64,000 nt of DNA from NCBI GenBank assembly GCA_964016885.1, contig OZ024742.1, positions 223,944,001 through 224,008,000 of the forward strand, given 5' to 3'. Shown here in pieces: positions 41,973 through 55,254 of the stretch. Below the pieces are notes generated by a model, which saw only the letters and a program-made list of their open reading frames with translations, searched no databases and was not told the DNA's origin. This DNA comes from Eledone cirrhosa. Taxonomy: Eukaryota. Numbering within the stretch: the stretch's first letter is position 1; each line of letters begins with the position of its first letter. A program made the position numbers and the translations under genes.

Positions 41973-44900
41973 TATGAAGAGAGAAGAAACATTTAGATAT
42001 AATTAGTAATAAAATGTATCATACCTAAACTGTTCCTAAATTCCTCGACTACGTAGTTTCGTGGCATAAACAAAAACAATATATCAAAGATATAGAGTCC
42101 TTGCGAGGTCTGCCGACTTATCAAGAGGATACCTCATTTGACTAGTCTCAAGAACGCGTCTACACGACGTGAGAAAGAATCCCAAAAGGCGGAGGGGGAG
42201 ATAGTCACGCGATATAACGGTCGAGAAACAGAGCTAAGCCTCTTATAACCACGAAGAAAATACCACGGAGGCGGAGGGGGTATTCATATCGAGGCCGTAG
42301 AAGAGGTAGTGAAGAAGGCGAGAAGTATGAGTAATGGAAGCTTTCCAGTTGTCCCCACACTTCAAAGATTGCTCGACCAGAGGGAGTTATTAATATATTT
42401 AGAAACACACAGATACATGCGGACACTCACATATATACATGAATGCATCCGCACCCAACTGTGAGTTAAGGGTGCCAACTTCACCGATGTTGCTCAATGA
42501 ATGACTGGGACAGACACAATTCAGTTTGAACCAGACTGAACCAGTATCAGAGTTAAAAATACATTATGAAGAGAGAAGAAACATTTAGATATAATTAGTA
42601 ATAAAATGTATCATACCTAAACTGTTCCTAAATTCCTCGACTACGTAGTTTCGTGGCATAAACAAAAACAATATATCAAAGATATAGAGTCCTTGCGAGG
42701 TCTGCCGACTTATCAAGAGGATACCTCATTTGACTAGTCTCAAGAACGCGTCTACACGACGTGAGAAAGAATCCCAAAAGGCGGAGGGGGAGATAGTCAC
42801 GCGATATAACGGTCGAGAAACAGAGCTAAGCCTCTTATAACCACGAAGAAAATACCACGGAGGCGGAGGGGGTATTCATATCGAGGCCGTAGAAGAGGTA
42901 GTGAAGAAGGCGAGAAGTATGAGTAATGGAAGCTTTCCAGTTGTCCCCACACTTCAAAGATTGCTCGACCAGAGGGAGTTATTAATATATTTAGAAACAC
43001 ACAGATACATGCGGACACTCACATATATACATGAATGCATCCGCACCCAACTGTGAGTTAAGGGTGCCAACTTCACCGATGTTGCTCAATGAATGACTGG
43101 GACAGACACAATTCAGTTTGAACCAGACTGAACCAGTATCAGAGTTAAAAATACATTATGAAGAGAGAAGAAACATTTAGATATAATTAGTAATAAAATG
43201 TATCATACCTAAACTGTTCCTAAATTCCTCGACTACGTAGTTTCGTGGCATAAACAAAAACAATATATCAAAGATATAGAGTCCTTGCGAGGTCTGCCGA
43301 CTTATCAAGAGGATACCTCATTTGACTAGTCTCAAGAACGCGTCTACACGACGTGAGAAAGAATCCCAAAAGGCGGAGGGGGAGATAGTCACGCGATATA
43401 ACGGTCGAGAAACAGAGCTAAGCCTCTTATAACCACGAAGAAAATACCACGGAGGCGGAGGGGGTATTCATATCGAGGCCGTAGAAGAGGTAGTGAAGAA
43501 GGCGAGAAGTATGAGTAATGGAAGCTTTCCAGTTGTCCCCACACTTCAAAGATTGCTCGACCAGAGGGAGTTATTAATATATTTAGAAACACACAGATAC
43601 ATGCGGACACTCACATATATACATGAATGCATCCGCACCCAACTGTGAGTTAAGGGTGCCAACTTCACCGATGTTGCTCAATGAATGACTGGGACAGACA
43701 CAATTCAGTTTGAACCAGACTGAACCAGTATCAGAGTTAAAAATACATTATGAAGAGAGAAGAAACATTTAGATATAATTAGTAATAAAATGTATCATAC
43801 CTAAACTGTTCCTAAATTCCTCGACTACGTAGTTTCGTGGCATAAACAAAAACAATATATCAAAGATATAGAGTCCTTGCGAGGTCTGCCGACTTATCAA
43901 GAGGATACCTCATTTGACTAGTCTCAAGAACGCGTCTACACGACGTGAGAAAGAATCCCAAAAGGCGGAGGGGGAGATAGTCACGCGATATAACGGTCGA
44001 GAAACAGAGCTAAGCCTCTTATAACCACGAAGAAAATACCACGGAGGCGGAGGGGGTATTCATATCGAGGCCGTAGAAGAGGTAGTGAAGAAGGCGAGAA
44101 GTATGAGTAATGGAAGCTTTCCAGTTGTCCCCACACTTCAAAGATTGCTCGACCAGAGGGAGTTATTAATATATTTAGAAACACACAGATACATGCGGAC
44201 ACTCACATATATACATGAATGCATCCGCACCCAACTGTGAGTTAAGGGTGCCAACTTCACCGATGTTGCTCAATGAATGACTGGGACAGACACAATTCAG
44301 TTTGAACCAGACTGAACCAGTATCAGAGTTAAAAATACATTATGAAGAGAGAAGAAACATTTAGATATAATTAGTAATAAAATGTATCATACCTAAACTG
44401 TTCCTAAATTCCTCGACTACGTAGTTTCGTGGCATAAACAAAAACAATATATCAAAGATATAGAGTCCTTGCGAGGTCTGCCGACTTATCAAGAGGATAC
44501 CTCATTTGACTAGTCTCAAGAACGCGTCTACACGACGTGAGAAAGAATCCCAAAAGGCGGAGGGGGAGATAGTCACGCGATATAACGGTCGAGAAACAGA
44601 GCTAAGCCTCTTATAACCACGAAGAAAATACTACGGAGGCGGAGGGGGTATTCATATCGAGGCCGTAGAAGAGGTAGTGAAGAAGGCGAGAAGTATGAGT
44701 AATGGAAGCTTTCCAGTTGTCCCCACACTTCAAAGATTGCTCGACCAGAGGGAGTTATTAATATATTTAGAAACACACAGATACATGCGGACACTCACAT
44801 ATATACATGAATGCATCCGCACCCAACTGTGAGTTAAGGGTGCCAACTTCACCGATGTTGCTCAATGAATGACTGGGACAGACACAATTCAGTTTGAACC

Positions 44901-45040
44901 AGACTGAACCAGTATCAGAGTTAAAAATACATTATGAAGAGAGAAGAAACATTTAGATATAATTAGTAATAAAATGTATCATACCTAAACTGTTCCTAAA
45001 TTCCTCGACTACGTAGTTTCGTGGCATAAACAAAAACAAT
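41967..45040 (-). mobile_element. Retrozyme-like tandem array, about 5.2 copies of a 592-bp unit (left arm)
   Basis: Exact 592-bp period; hammerheads at 42042-42129, 42634-42721, 43226-43313, 43818-43905, 44410-44497 and a partial one at 45002-45040. Confidence 0.9.
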
Positions 45041-47884
45041 TCCGCCTCCGTGGTATTTTCTTCGTGGTTATAAGAGGCTTAGCTCTGTTTCTCGACCGTT
45101 ATATCGCGTGACTATCTCCCCCTCCGCCTTTTGGGATTCTTTCTCACGTCGTGTAGACGCGTTCTTGAGACTAGTCAAATGAGGTATCCTCTTGATAAGT
45201 CGGCAGACCTCGCAAGGACTCTATATCTTTGATATATTGTTTTTGTTTATGCCACGAAACTACGTAGTCGAGGAATTTAGGAACAGTTTAGGTATGATAC
45301 ATTTTATTACTAATTATATCTAAATGTTTCTTCTCTCTTCATAATGTATTTTTAACTCTGATACTGGTTCAGTCTGGTTCAAACTGAATTGTGTCTGTCC
45401 CAGTCATTCATTGAGCAACATCGGTGAAGTTGGCACCCTTAACTCACAGTTGGGTGCGGATGCATTCATGTATATATGTGAGTGTCCGCATGTATCTGTG
45501 TGTTTCTAAATATATTAATAACTCCCTCTGGTCGAGCAATCTTTGAAGTGTGGGGACAACTGGAAAGCTTCCATTACTCATACTTCTCGCCTTCTTCACT
45601 ACCTCTTCTACGGCCTCGATATGAATACCCCCTCCGCCTCCGTGGTATTTTCTTCGTGGTTATAAGAGGCTTAGCTCTGTTTCTCGACCGTTATATCGCG
45701 TGACTATCTCCCCCTCCGCCTTTTGGGATTCTTTCTCACGTCGTGTAGACGCGTTCTTGAGACTAGTCAAATGAGGTATCCTCTTGATAAGTCGGCAGAC
45801 CTCGCAAGGACTCTATATCTTTGATATATTGTTTTTGTTTATGCCACGAAACTACGTAGTCGAGGAATTTAGGAACAGTTTAGGTATGATACATTTTATT
45901 ACTAATTATATCTAAATGTTTCTTCTCTCTTCATAATGTATTTTTAACTCTGATACTGGTTCAGTCTGGTTCAAACTGAATTGTGTCTGTCCCAGTCATT
46001 CATTGAGCAACATCGGTGAAGTTGGCACCCTTAACTCACAGTTGGGTGCGGATGCATTCATGTATATATGTGAGTGTCCGCATGTATCTGTGTGTTTCTA
46101 AATATATTAATAACTCCCTCTGGTCGAGCAATCTTTGAAGTGTGGGGACAACTGGAAAGCTTCCATTACTCATACTTCTCGCCTTCTTCACTACCTCTTC
46201 TACGGCCTCGATATGAATACCCCCTCCGCCTCCGTGGTATTTTCTTCGTGGTTATAAGAGGCTTAGCTCTGTTTCTCGACCGTTATATCGCGTGACTATC
46301 TCCCCCTCCGCCTTTTGGGATTCTTTCTCACGTCGTGTAGACGCGTTCTTGAGACTAGTCAAATGAGGTATCCTCTTGATAAGTCGGCAGACCTCGCAAG
46401 GACTCTATATCTTTGATATATTGTTTTTGTTTATGCCACGAAACTACGTAGTCGAGGAATTTAGGAACAGTTTAGGTATGATACATTTTATTACTAATTA
46501 TATCTAAATGTTTCTTCTCTCTTCATAATGTATTTTTAACTCTGATACTGGTTCAGTCTGGTTCAAACTGAATTGTGTCTGTCCCAGTCATTCATTGAGC
46601 AACATCGGTGAAGTTGGCACCCTTAACTCACAGTTGGGTGCGGATGCATTCATGTATATATGTGAGTGTCCGCATGTATCTGTGTGTTTCTAAATATATT
46701 AATAACTCCCTCTGGTCGAGCAATCTTTGAAGTGTGGGGACAACTGGAAAGCTTCCATTACTCATACTTCTCGCCTTCTTCACTACCTCTTCTACGGCCT
46801 CGATATGAATACCCCCTCCGCCTCCGTGGTATTTTCTTCGTGGTTATAAGAGGCTTAGCTCTGTTTCTCGACCGTTATATCGCGTGACTATCTCCCCCTC
46901 CGCCTTTTGGGATTCTTTCTCACGTCGTGTAGACGCGTTCTTGAGACTAGTCAAATGAGGTATCCTCTTGATAAGTCGGCAGACCTCGCAAGGACTCTAT
47001 ATCTTTGATATATTGTTTTTGTTTATGCCACGAAACTACGTAGTCGAGGAATTTAGGAACAGTTTAGGTATGATACATTTTATTACTAATTATATCTAAA
47101 TGTTTCTTCTCTCTTCATAATGTATTTTTAACTCTGATACTGGTTCAGTCTGGTTCAAACTGAATTGTGTCTGTCCCAGTCATTCATTGAGCAACATCGG
47201 TGAAGTTGGCACCCTTAACTCACAGTTGGGTGCGGATGCATTCATGTATATATGTGAGTGTCCGCATGTATCTGTGTGTTTCTAAATATATTAATAACTC
47301 CCTCTGGTCGAGCAATCTTTGAAGTGTGGGGACAACTGGAAAGCTTCCATTACTCATACTTCTCGCCTTCTTCACTACCTCTTCTACGGCCTCGATATGA
47401 ATACCCCCTCCGCCTCCGTGGTATTTTCTTCGTGGTTATAAGAGGCTTAGCTCTGTTTCTCGACCGTTATATCGCGTGACTATCTCCCCCTCCGCCTTTT
47501 GAGATTCTTTCTCACGTCGTGTAGACGCGTTCTTGAGACTAGTCAAATGAGGTATCCTCTTGATAAGTCGGCAGACCTCGCAAGGACTCTATATCTTTGA
47601 TATATTGTTTTTGTTTATGCCACGAAACTACGTAGTCGAGGAATTTAGGAACAGTTTAGGTATGATACATTTTATTACTAATTATATCTAAATGTTTCTT
47701 CTCTCTTCATAATGTATTTTTAACTCTGATACTGGTTCAGTCTGGTTCAAACTGAATTGTGTCTGTCCCAGTCATTCATTGAGCAACATCGGTGAAGTTG
47801 GCACCCTTAACTCACAGTTGGGTGCGGATGCATTCATGTATATATGTGAGTGTCCGCATGTATCTGTGTGTTTCTAAATATATA
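45041..47884 (+). mobile_element. Retrozyme-like tandem array, about 4.8 copies of the same 592-bp unit (right arm, inverted)
   Basis: Hammerheads at 45187-45274, 45779-45866, 46371-46458, 46963-47050, 47555-47642; ends in (TA)n. Confidence 0.9.
45187..45274 (+). ncRNA. Variant type I hammerhead ribozyme (representative of 10 full copies)
   Basis: tcctc(I)-TTGATAA-gtcggca(II)..44-nt loop..tgccac-GAAA-C-tacgta-G-TC^-gagga(I); predicted cleavage after 45269. Confidence 0.75.
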
Positions 47885-47900
47885 TATATATATATATATA

Positions 47901-48833
47901 TTTCGTTTCTGAATTTGTTTAGCAAGATTCTTTATCTGAAAACGTGTGTTGAAACCGATATTGTTATACTTTGGGAGGGTCATGTTGCCAATAAGAAACA
48001 CACGCACCAGTTGCTTTCACTTCAATTTATTATAATAAATTTAGGAATTTATAAATTTCCGGAATTTATAAATTTCCTGTATAGATAAGAAATGTATAAT
48101 CTGTAAATTAAGCCCCCATATTAACTGTAAAACTAGAAATGTAGTATATAGCATAAGATGTACTGAAGGACAATGTAGAGATAAAAAATATAGTGTACAT
48201 AGGTGAGACAGCTCGTAGTATAGGGGAACGGATAAATGAACACTGGCGAGACCTTCAAGATAGTAAATAATCATCTGTACTCTACCAACATGCTAAAATA
48301 AAACATAAGGGTAAATTAGAGAACATAGAAATAAAAATAGAATCTACACACAGAAAAGACGCAATGTTTAGACAAATCACAGAGGCAATAAACATAAATG
48401 AATTACAACCAAAATTAAATAGAAAACATGAGTGGAACAGCAACATCACAACTTACAATTAAGGACAAAATGAAAGCACACACGCACATAGAACAAACAA
48501 CCAACCAGTAACATGTAAATAAACAAATAAATAAACGAATATAAACACACACAGACACCCGGATGTAACACATGCGCAAACTAAGCACACAACACACACA
48601 AAAAAACAAGATGGCGTAGGACAGAACAAAGGAGAGGCACAAAAAACAAAGAAAAGAACCCCCAGTCACTGAAAAGGTCACAGAATGTGTGACGAAAGAA
48701 CTTTGATAATATATAAACAACCATCTGGTTGTGGAACCAACCAACCGGAAATTTATAAATTTATTATAATAAATTGAAGTGAACACAACTGGTGCGTGTG
48801 TTTCTTATTGGCAACATGACCCTCCCAAAGTAT

Positions 48834-48840
<7 letters not shown>
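47901..48840 (+). mobile_element. PLE 3' portion (frameshifted GIY-YIG) with inverted 3'-end arm
   Basis: CIICK..INCKTRNVVYSIRC..LYQHA..H..RQITEA..LNRK (48090-48440), homologous to ORF 56166; arms 47958-48040 / 48755-48840; hammerhead-like 48666-48706 (CTGAAAA, gtcaca/tgtgac, GAAAGAACTT). Confidence 0.85.
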
Positions 48841-48908
<68 letters not shown>

Positions 48909-49167
48909 GGCTGCTGCTGCTGCTGCTGCCTTTGTTTCTGCTACAGTCGGTACTGTTACTAAGAAGACATGCAAAACTATGACGAAGACAAAGAGGAAGA
49001 GGAGAGGAGAAGATGATGAAGAAAAAAGAACAACAACGCAGATTGAGGTTTATGGAGGTCAAGGAAAACTTGTAGATTCAAGCGTTTTCACATATAATGT
49101 AAGCAAAGAATGATTTAATTAAATATTGTTTTATATCTACACTCCGTCATTTTTAACGGGTACTATG

Positions 49168-49253
<86 letters not shown>

Positions 49254-49331
49254 TTGACTTTGTTATTTTCAGAAGATCCCGTTAAGGGTGAAAGCAGCGA
49301 TTCTTTGCTTAAACTTTAATCTGTTATTTTA

Positions 49332-49377
<46 letters not shown>

Positions 49378-49397
49378 TGTGTGTGTGTATATATATA

Positions 49398-49588
49398 ATT
49401 GTTTCTCCTATTGGCACAAGGCCAGCAATTACCCAGTACATTACTGGTACTTTATTTTATCGACCCCCGTAAGGATGAAAGGCAAAGTTAACCTCGGCGG
49501 GATTTGAACTCAGAATGGCAAGGGCCGTAACTCTATGCGTCAAAGCATGGCGTCCGACCCTCTACCGATACTGCCAATTCACCGCCCT
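49398..49588 (-). mobile_element. tRNA-derived SINE
   Basis: Same family as 27294-27479. Confidence 0.88.
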
Positions 49589-49634
49589 ATATATATTATA
49601 TCTATCCCTCTCACTCTCTCTCTATATATAGATA

Positions 49635-49815
49635 TAGGAACAAGTAAGACCCCGACGGCTGAGCTCAAGCCGTTTCGACGGCTAATTAGCCGTCGAAACG
49701 GCTTGAGCTCAGCCGTCGGGGTCTTACTTGTTCCTATTACCCACTCTACTACCCTAAGTATTGAGTACTTTGGTGCGTTATGGTCCACCTGGTTCCTTAC
49801 CACATTTCCTTCGTT
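49635..49815 (+). mobile_element. Hairpin-headed element (29667 family)
   Basis: Perfect palindrome centred on ctaattag (49682-49689) plus conserved tail. Confidence 0.82.
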
Positions 49816-49839
49816 ATATAGATATATATATATAATATA

Positions 49840-49874
<35 letters not shown>

Positions 49875-50064
49875 TCATGCGCTCATAATATTAGTTTGTT
49901 TAACAGCATGACAGTTCAAGAGTTAAGTATAAAAATCTGTAATATAAAGTATAAGGTTTCTCTGGTTTCCTGGGGTACAAAAGATGGATTATTTACCACA
50001 AACTTTTTAATCTAAAAATGTTGTCAACGCTTTTTAAAGTCGCATATATTTTTTTCTAAAACAC

Positions 50065-50132
<68 letters not shown>

Positions 50133-50411
50133 GTATGTATGTATGTATGTATGTATGTATGTATATAAATATATATATTCCTTTGAGTGCGAAAATATCT
50201 ATAAAATGAAATTTAAGTTTGAATCAGCAGGGGGGTATTTTTATTTAGAGGTATATATATTTATTTTTACTGTGCTTGGAGGAAGAGGCTGGGCCCATGA
50301 CGTTTGCAGGCCCTCCGGGACTGTTGATATTAATGCTGCAACCGTTCAGTTTAAATTGTTGCAGAAAGGGGTCATTCCCATGACTTTTGCAATCCTTCCG
50401 CGATTAATAAT

Positions 50412-50587
50412 TGTTTCTACTTTTCGCACAAGGCCAGCAATTACCCATTACTGGTACTTTATTTTATCGACCCCGTAAGGATGAAAGGCAAAGTTAACCT
50501 CGGTGGGATTTGAACTCAGAATGGAAAAAGCCGTAACTCTATGCTGCAAAGCATGACGTCCGACCCTCTACCGATACTGCCAATCCA
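50412..50587 (-). mobile_element. tRNA-derived SINE with TSD
   Basis: cgattaataat duplicated at 50401 and 50588. Confidence 0.85.
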
Positions 50588-50619
50588 CGATTAATAATAT
50601 TGATCCAATTGATGTTTAG

Positions 50620-51140
50620 TTTAAAAATTGTTGCAGATCGACTCCAGCGGTAAAGAATTCGGGAGAATTGATGTTCTGGGGAGGATGAACTGGGCGTAGT
50701 GGTTAGTGCAGGACCCAAATGTTGGTTGGAGGGCTGGAAAACAATACTGGTGACTTGGGGAGGAGATAGGTGTGAGCCCCGACTGCCTGAGTGAATGTGG
50801 TATCAGTTCAGCCAGCTCTGAGGAGAGACGCCATTGTTGTAGTGCTAGGAAAGGCAAGAAAGGAAACAGGTTTGTGGACCAGAGGCTGGAAGATGTCTCT
50901 TAATAACTATGCCAATCAGACACGTGACTTTTTTCTGGATGTGGTCTAGTGTTTGTGTGTGTGGTAACAGCGCTGTCCCAGATGTGGAAGTAATACGCAA
51001 TTGTGAGTCTTACCTGAACTTTGTAGAGTTGTTGGGGTGGGTTGGCGAAGTAAATATATGAATTACTGAGGTGGCCACCACTACTGTTTGGGGCGTTTCT
51101 ATGGATATGATTGTATCAATTCAAGGCGGTGTTCCACCAT
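50620..51140 (-). mobile_element. Decayed CR1/Jockey-group LINE 3' remnant
   Basis: LYKVQVR.TIAYYFHIWD..QPL..SSELAELIP..FILPRTS.L.NSLP. Confidence 0.6.
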
Positions 51141-53130
51141 GACCGAAACCACTAAAAGAATAAAAGAATACTATGTCTGAGAAACAAAAGCTGGGATTAT
51201 CTCGACTGGAAAACTTCTGATGATAGAGGACTGTATGGTTAGAACTGACCTACAGTATTCCGTCAACAATAACAACATATAAAATGTCTCGCTATGGGTA
51301 TAGTCACAGCTTAAAATACCCATAGCATGATTTATGTATGTTTATTACATATAAACATATTGACTATGCTTTTATATACGCCTCTATTAAAAACCACGCT
51401 GTATTAGTGCTACGGTTAATTTTTTTTATTAATATCTACTTTGATCGAATTTTTCATTTTTTCCTATTGATTTTGACAGTTTATAGTTCGATCAGTTGTG
51501 TTGGTTTATATGTTCTCTTAGCAGTCCATGACTGGATTCTCTCTTCAATTCGGACTTTTATTGCTAGGTTAAATTACAAACCCATTCGTGTTATTTTCTT
51601 CTTATGATACCGACATAGGAAGGTAAGGTACGTTTGATGTGTACAGCCAATTTTTTTTTTTATATACTTCTTCGAATACAGCCGATATAGGAATGTAAGT
51701 GGTTTGATGTATATAGCCAGCTTTCTTATACTCCTCATACTGCCGTCATAGTTTACAACATTCGGATTCATACTAATAGATGATTAAATGTCTGAATAAG
51801 TTATTAATAAGGTAATTTTTCGGACTATTAACTTTATCTTGAAAGATGAAAACACATTTATTATATTTCATCTCCAAAAGATGATTAAGTTATTAATCTG
51901 AAGACTTAATAATCTTGTTAAACTGCAACCTATCCCTGACATTTTAGACAGTTACTCAGTAGCATAAGGTCAACTTCGCCTTTCATTCATACAAGCGCCG
52001 ATAAATAACGTATGAGTTCAGGAGGAATAGCGGTGTCTGATACGGTTCTGTACGCTCTGAGTTTAAATCCTAATGAGGCCAATTTTACTGCTGTATGCGT
52101 TCTGAGTTCAAATACAACCTCCTTCTGTCAGCCGTTGTAACCGACTAAGTGTCAGCAATTGAAAGACCAATGGAAACATTGTTTCCTTGGTCCGATCTGA
52201 CGATTGGCTTTTTTTCCTCTTTCTATTTTCCTTTCATAATAACACTATCAGAAAAACTACCCTTCGGGTGGTTTTCTGCTAGCATGTGTAGTGTGCATAT
52301 TGATATTATACGCAAATATATATGCATGTATCATAGATATGATATGTCAAATAAAATCGTAATTGAGAATATCCACAGAAATTGAAGAGCGACTGTGTTA
52401 CACTCTCTTCTGTAATCAGTAAAGTAATCCATGATACATTTAAAAAAGACGATATTATATATAAACTGCATTAAGAGAAAATTAGCGACGTAAATATATG
52501 AGATGTTTTTATAAGTGTTGTAATAAGTGTTATAATATAACGGGTGCTAACCGGGAGTGTTGACGTTTGAACACTTTAAAGAAGTGAATCTTTAAATAAG
52601 CAATAAAATTATTTATATTTAATCAAGTGTTACGAAATTTAGTACATAAACTATGTAATATTCATTCATTATTTATTCAAAGTAATCCAACTTATTTTAC
52701 AAACGGGATAACAAAAATATACTCCCACTCGAGGGAGGGAGGATCTTCAAAATGGAGATTTATAATGCAATATATTAGATTAACATTACGGGGTCGATAA
52801 AATAAAGTACCAGTAATGCACTGGGTAATTTATGGCCTTGTGCCAAAAGTAGAAACAATTAATATTAATAGCGTGATTCATAATATAGGTGAATACGGAG
52901 ACATATACGATATGTCCATGCATAAAGACACATATTGTATATGACTCCATGTACATCTCCGATGTAATAGGTATACACCTACACACTGGTGTGTGTGTAT
53001 GTACGTGAGTGTGTATATGTGCGTATGTGCATATGTGTGTGTATGTATGTGAGTGCATATATATGCGTGTGTGTATGTATGCATGTATGTATGTATATAT
53101 GTATGTATGTATATATATATATATATATGT

Positions 53131-53168
<38 letters not shown>

Positions 53169-53560
53169 GGCACGTGGCTTAGCGGTTACACCGTTAGTCT
53201 CATAATCGTGAGGCTGTGTGTTAAATTTCCGGACCGAGCGGTGTGTCGTGTCATTAAGTAAGACACTTTATTTCATGTTGCTCCAGTTCACTTAGCTGGA
53301 GAGAATGACTTGCCACGTCACTGATGCGGACTTTGATTTTCCATTGGACAACAGCGATGGCTTGGAGATGAGAAACTCATATGGATGGGCAACAGCTGGT
53401 CTTCCACAAAGACACATTGCCCGGGTATTTGCTTCGGAGAGGAACTTTCTAAGTGTCGTTGAGGTTGACTTTGCCTTTCATCCTTACGGGGTCGATAGAA
53501 TAAAGTACCAGTAATGTACTGGGTAATTGCTGGCCTTGTGCCTAAAGTAGAAACAGTTAT
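53169..53560 (+). mobile_element. tRNA-derived SINE followed by the 3' part of the other SINE family (another fragment at 52788-52862)
   Basis: ggcacgtggcttagcggtta head; match to 33990-34195 and to the reverse complement of 27294-27390. Confidence 0.75.
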
Positions 53561-53638
53561 ACAAATAAACGTTAAGACAGGTTTGTGTATATATAATTGT
53601 TTTATTTATACAGAACTGGTTAACATCTATTCGTACAT

Positions 53639-53727
<89 letters not shown>

Positions 53728-53909
53728 CGAGCGTAGGCAGAAGATTTCATAGGCTGCCTAAGAGGGAATGATGCTAGTGTTGTGAAATCTCGCATGCATT
53801 AATTTCAACTGTTGAAAAATAAACCCTATTTGGTCATTCCATGAGAGTATCTTGATAAGCCTGTGAACTGTTCAGCCGACCTTCGTACACACACCCAGAC
53901 ACACTCACA

Positions 53910-54085
53910 CACGAAGGAGGTGTGGTAAGGAACCAGGTGGACCATAACGCACCTGAGTACTCGATACTTAGGGTAGAAGAGTGGGTAATAGGAAAAGCGT
54001 CAGAACCCTGAGCTCTGGCCGTTTCGACAGCTAGATCTAGCTGTAGAAACGGCCGGAGCTCTGCCGTCGGGGTCCTGACTCTTTT

Positions 54086-54124
<39 letters not shown>

Positions 54125-54315
54125 CGAAGGAGGTGTGGTAAGGAACCAGATGGACCATAACGCACCAAAGTACTCAATACTTAGGGTAGTAGAGTGGGTA
54201 ATAGGAAAATGATGTTTGACCCCGACGGCAGAACTCAAGCCGTTTCGACGGCTATTTCAGTCTAGAAATAGACGTCGAAACGGCTTGAGCTCTGCCGTCG
54301 GGGTCAAACATTTTC

Positions 54316-54320
<5 letters not shown>
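53910..54320 (-). mobile_element. Two tandem copies of the hairpin-headed element separated by (TA)n
   Basis: Reverse-complement match to the 29667/49635 family. Confidence 0.8.
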
Positions 54321-54366
<46 letters not shown>

Positions 54367-54856
54367 AAATGATATATATATATGTGGATATATCAACTGA
54401 GAAACAAAATAGTATTTTGTATATATATATAGAGAGCAAATGATATGTTGATTTAAATACAAATTTAAATACATACTCTTAGGTGTTAAAATTGTGCTGT
54501 ACTTGTATAGACTGATCTGTTTCTGAGAACCAGAAATTCGAATGTTTACCTCCGATCACAGTAATTAGTATCGATCAACAATTATCGATTTTACATATAT
54601 ATAAAATTTTGTCTATTCTATTTCTTAGCTCGGTAAGCTTTTACTGAGAAACATCATAGCTATGTTATAAGAAACTTAATAAATATTATCATATATTCTC
54701 AATATTGTGTTATTCAGTTCTAACCTCCCTTTGTCGACTACCAAGATCACTAGATCTGAATACACATATACACACATACACACACATACACACACACATA
54801 CACACACATGTATGTATGCATGTATGTATGTATGTATATATATATGTATGTGTGTA

Positions 54857-54933
<77 letters not shown>

Positions 54934-55093
54934 ATTGCTTGTGTGGCCGGCCGTAGCCTAAAAGTGCACCAAACTCTATAATCTGACAAGCAATTAGAGT
55001 ACTCTTGGCAGAGTTTGCAGCCATCATGTATGTATGTATAGGTAGGAGTTAGCACGTGTGTTACTAGTTGAATAACTAAAACATAAGGAGAGA

Positions 55094-55159
<66 letters not shown>

Positions 55160-55254
55160 GGGAAAGAAACAAATGCGGAAACCATGGTGTAGGATACGAA
55201 GTTTGAAGGGGGAGAGGTGGGATGAATAGAGAAAAATGTGGGATATATATATAT

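Noticed and set aside
42205-47479. 73-aa ORF repeated nine times
   Set aside because: GTG start and no recognisable motif; identity between copies reflects recent amplification rather than selection
41967-47884. CRISPR array, rDNA/5S or snRNA cluster interpretation
   Set aside because: Units are identical with no spacers, no recognisable rRNA/snRNA/tRNA sequence, and the context is eukaryotic
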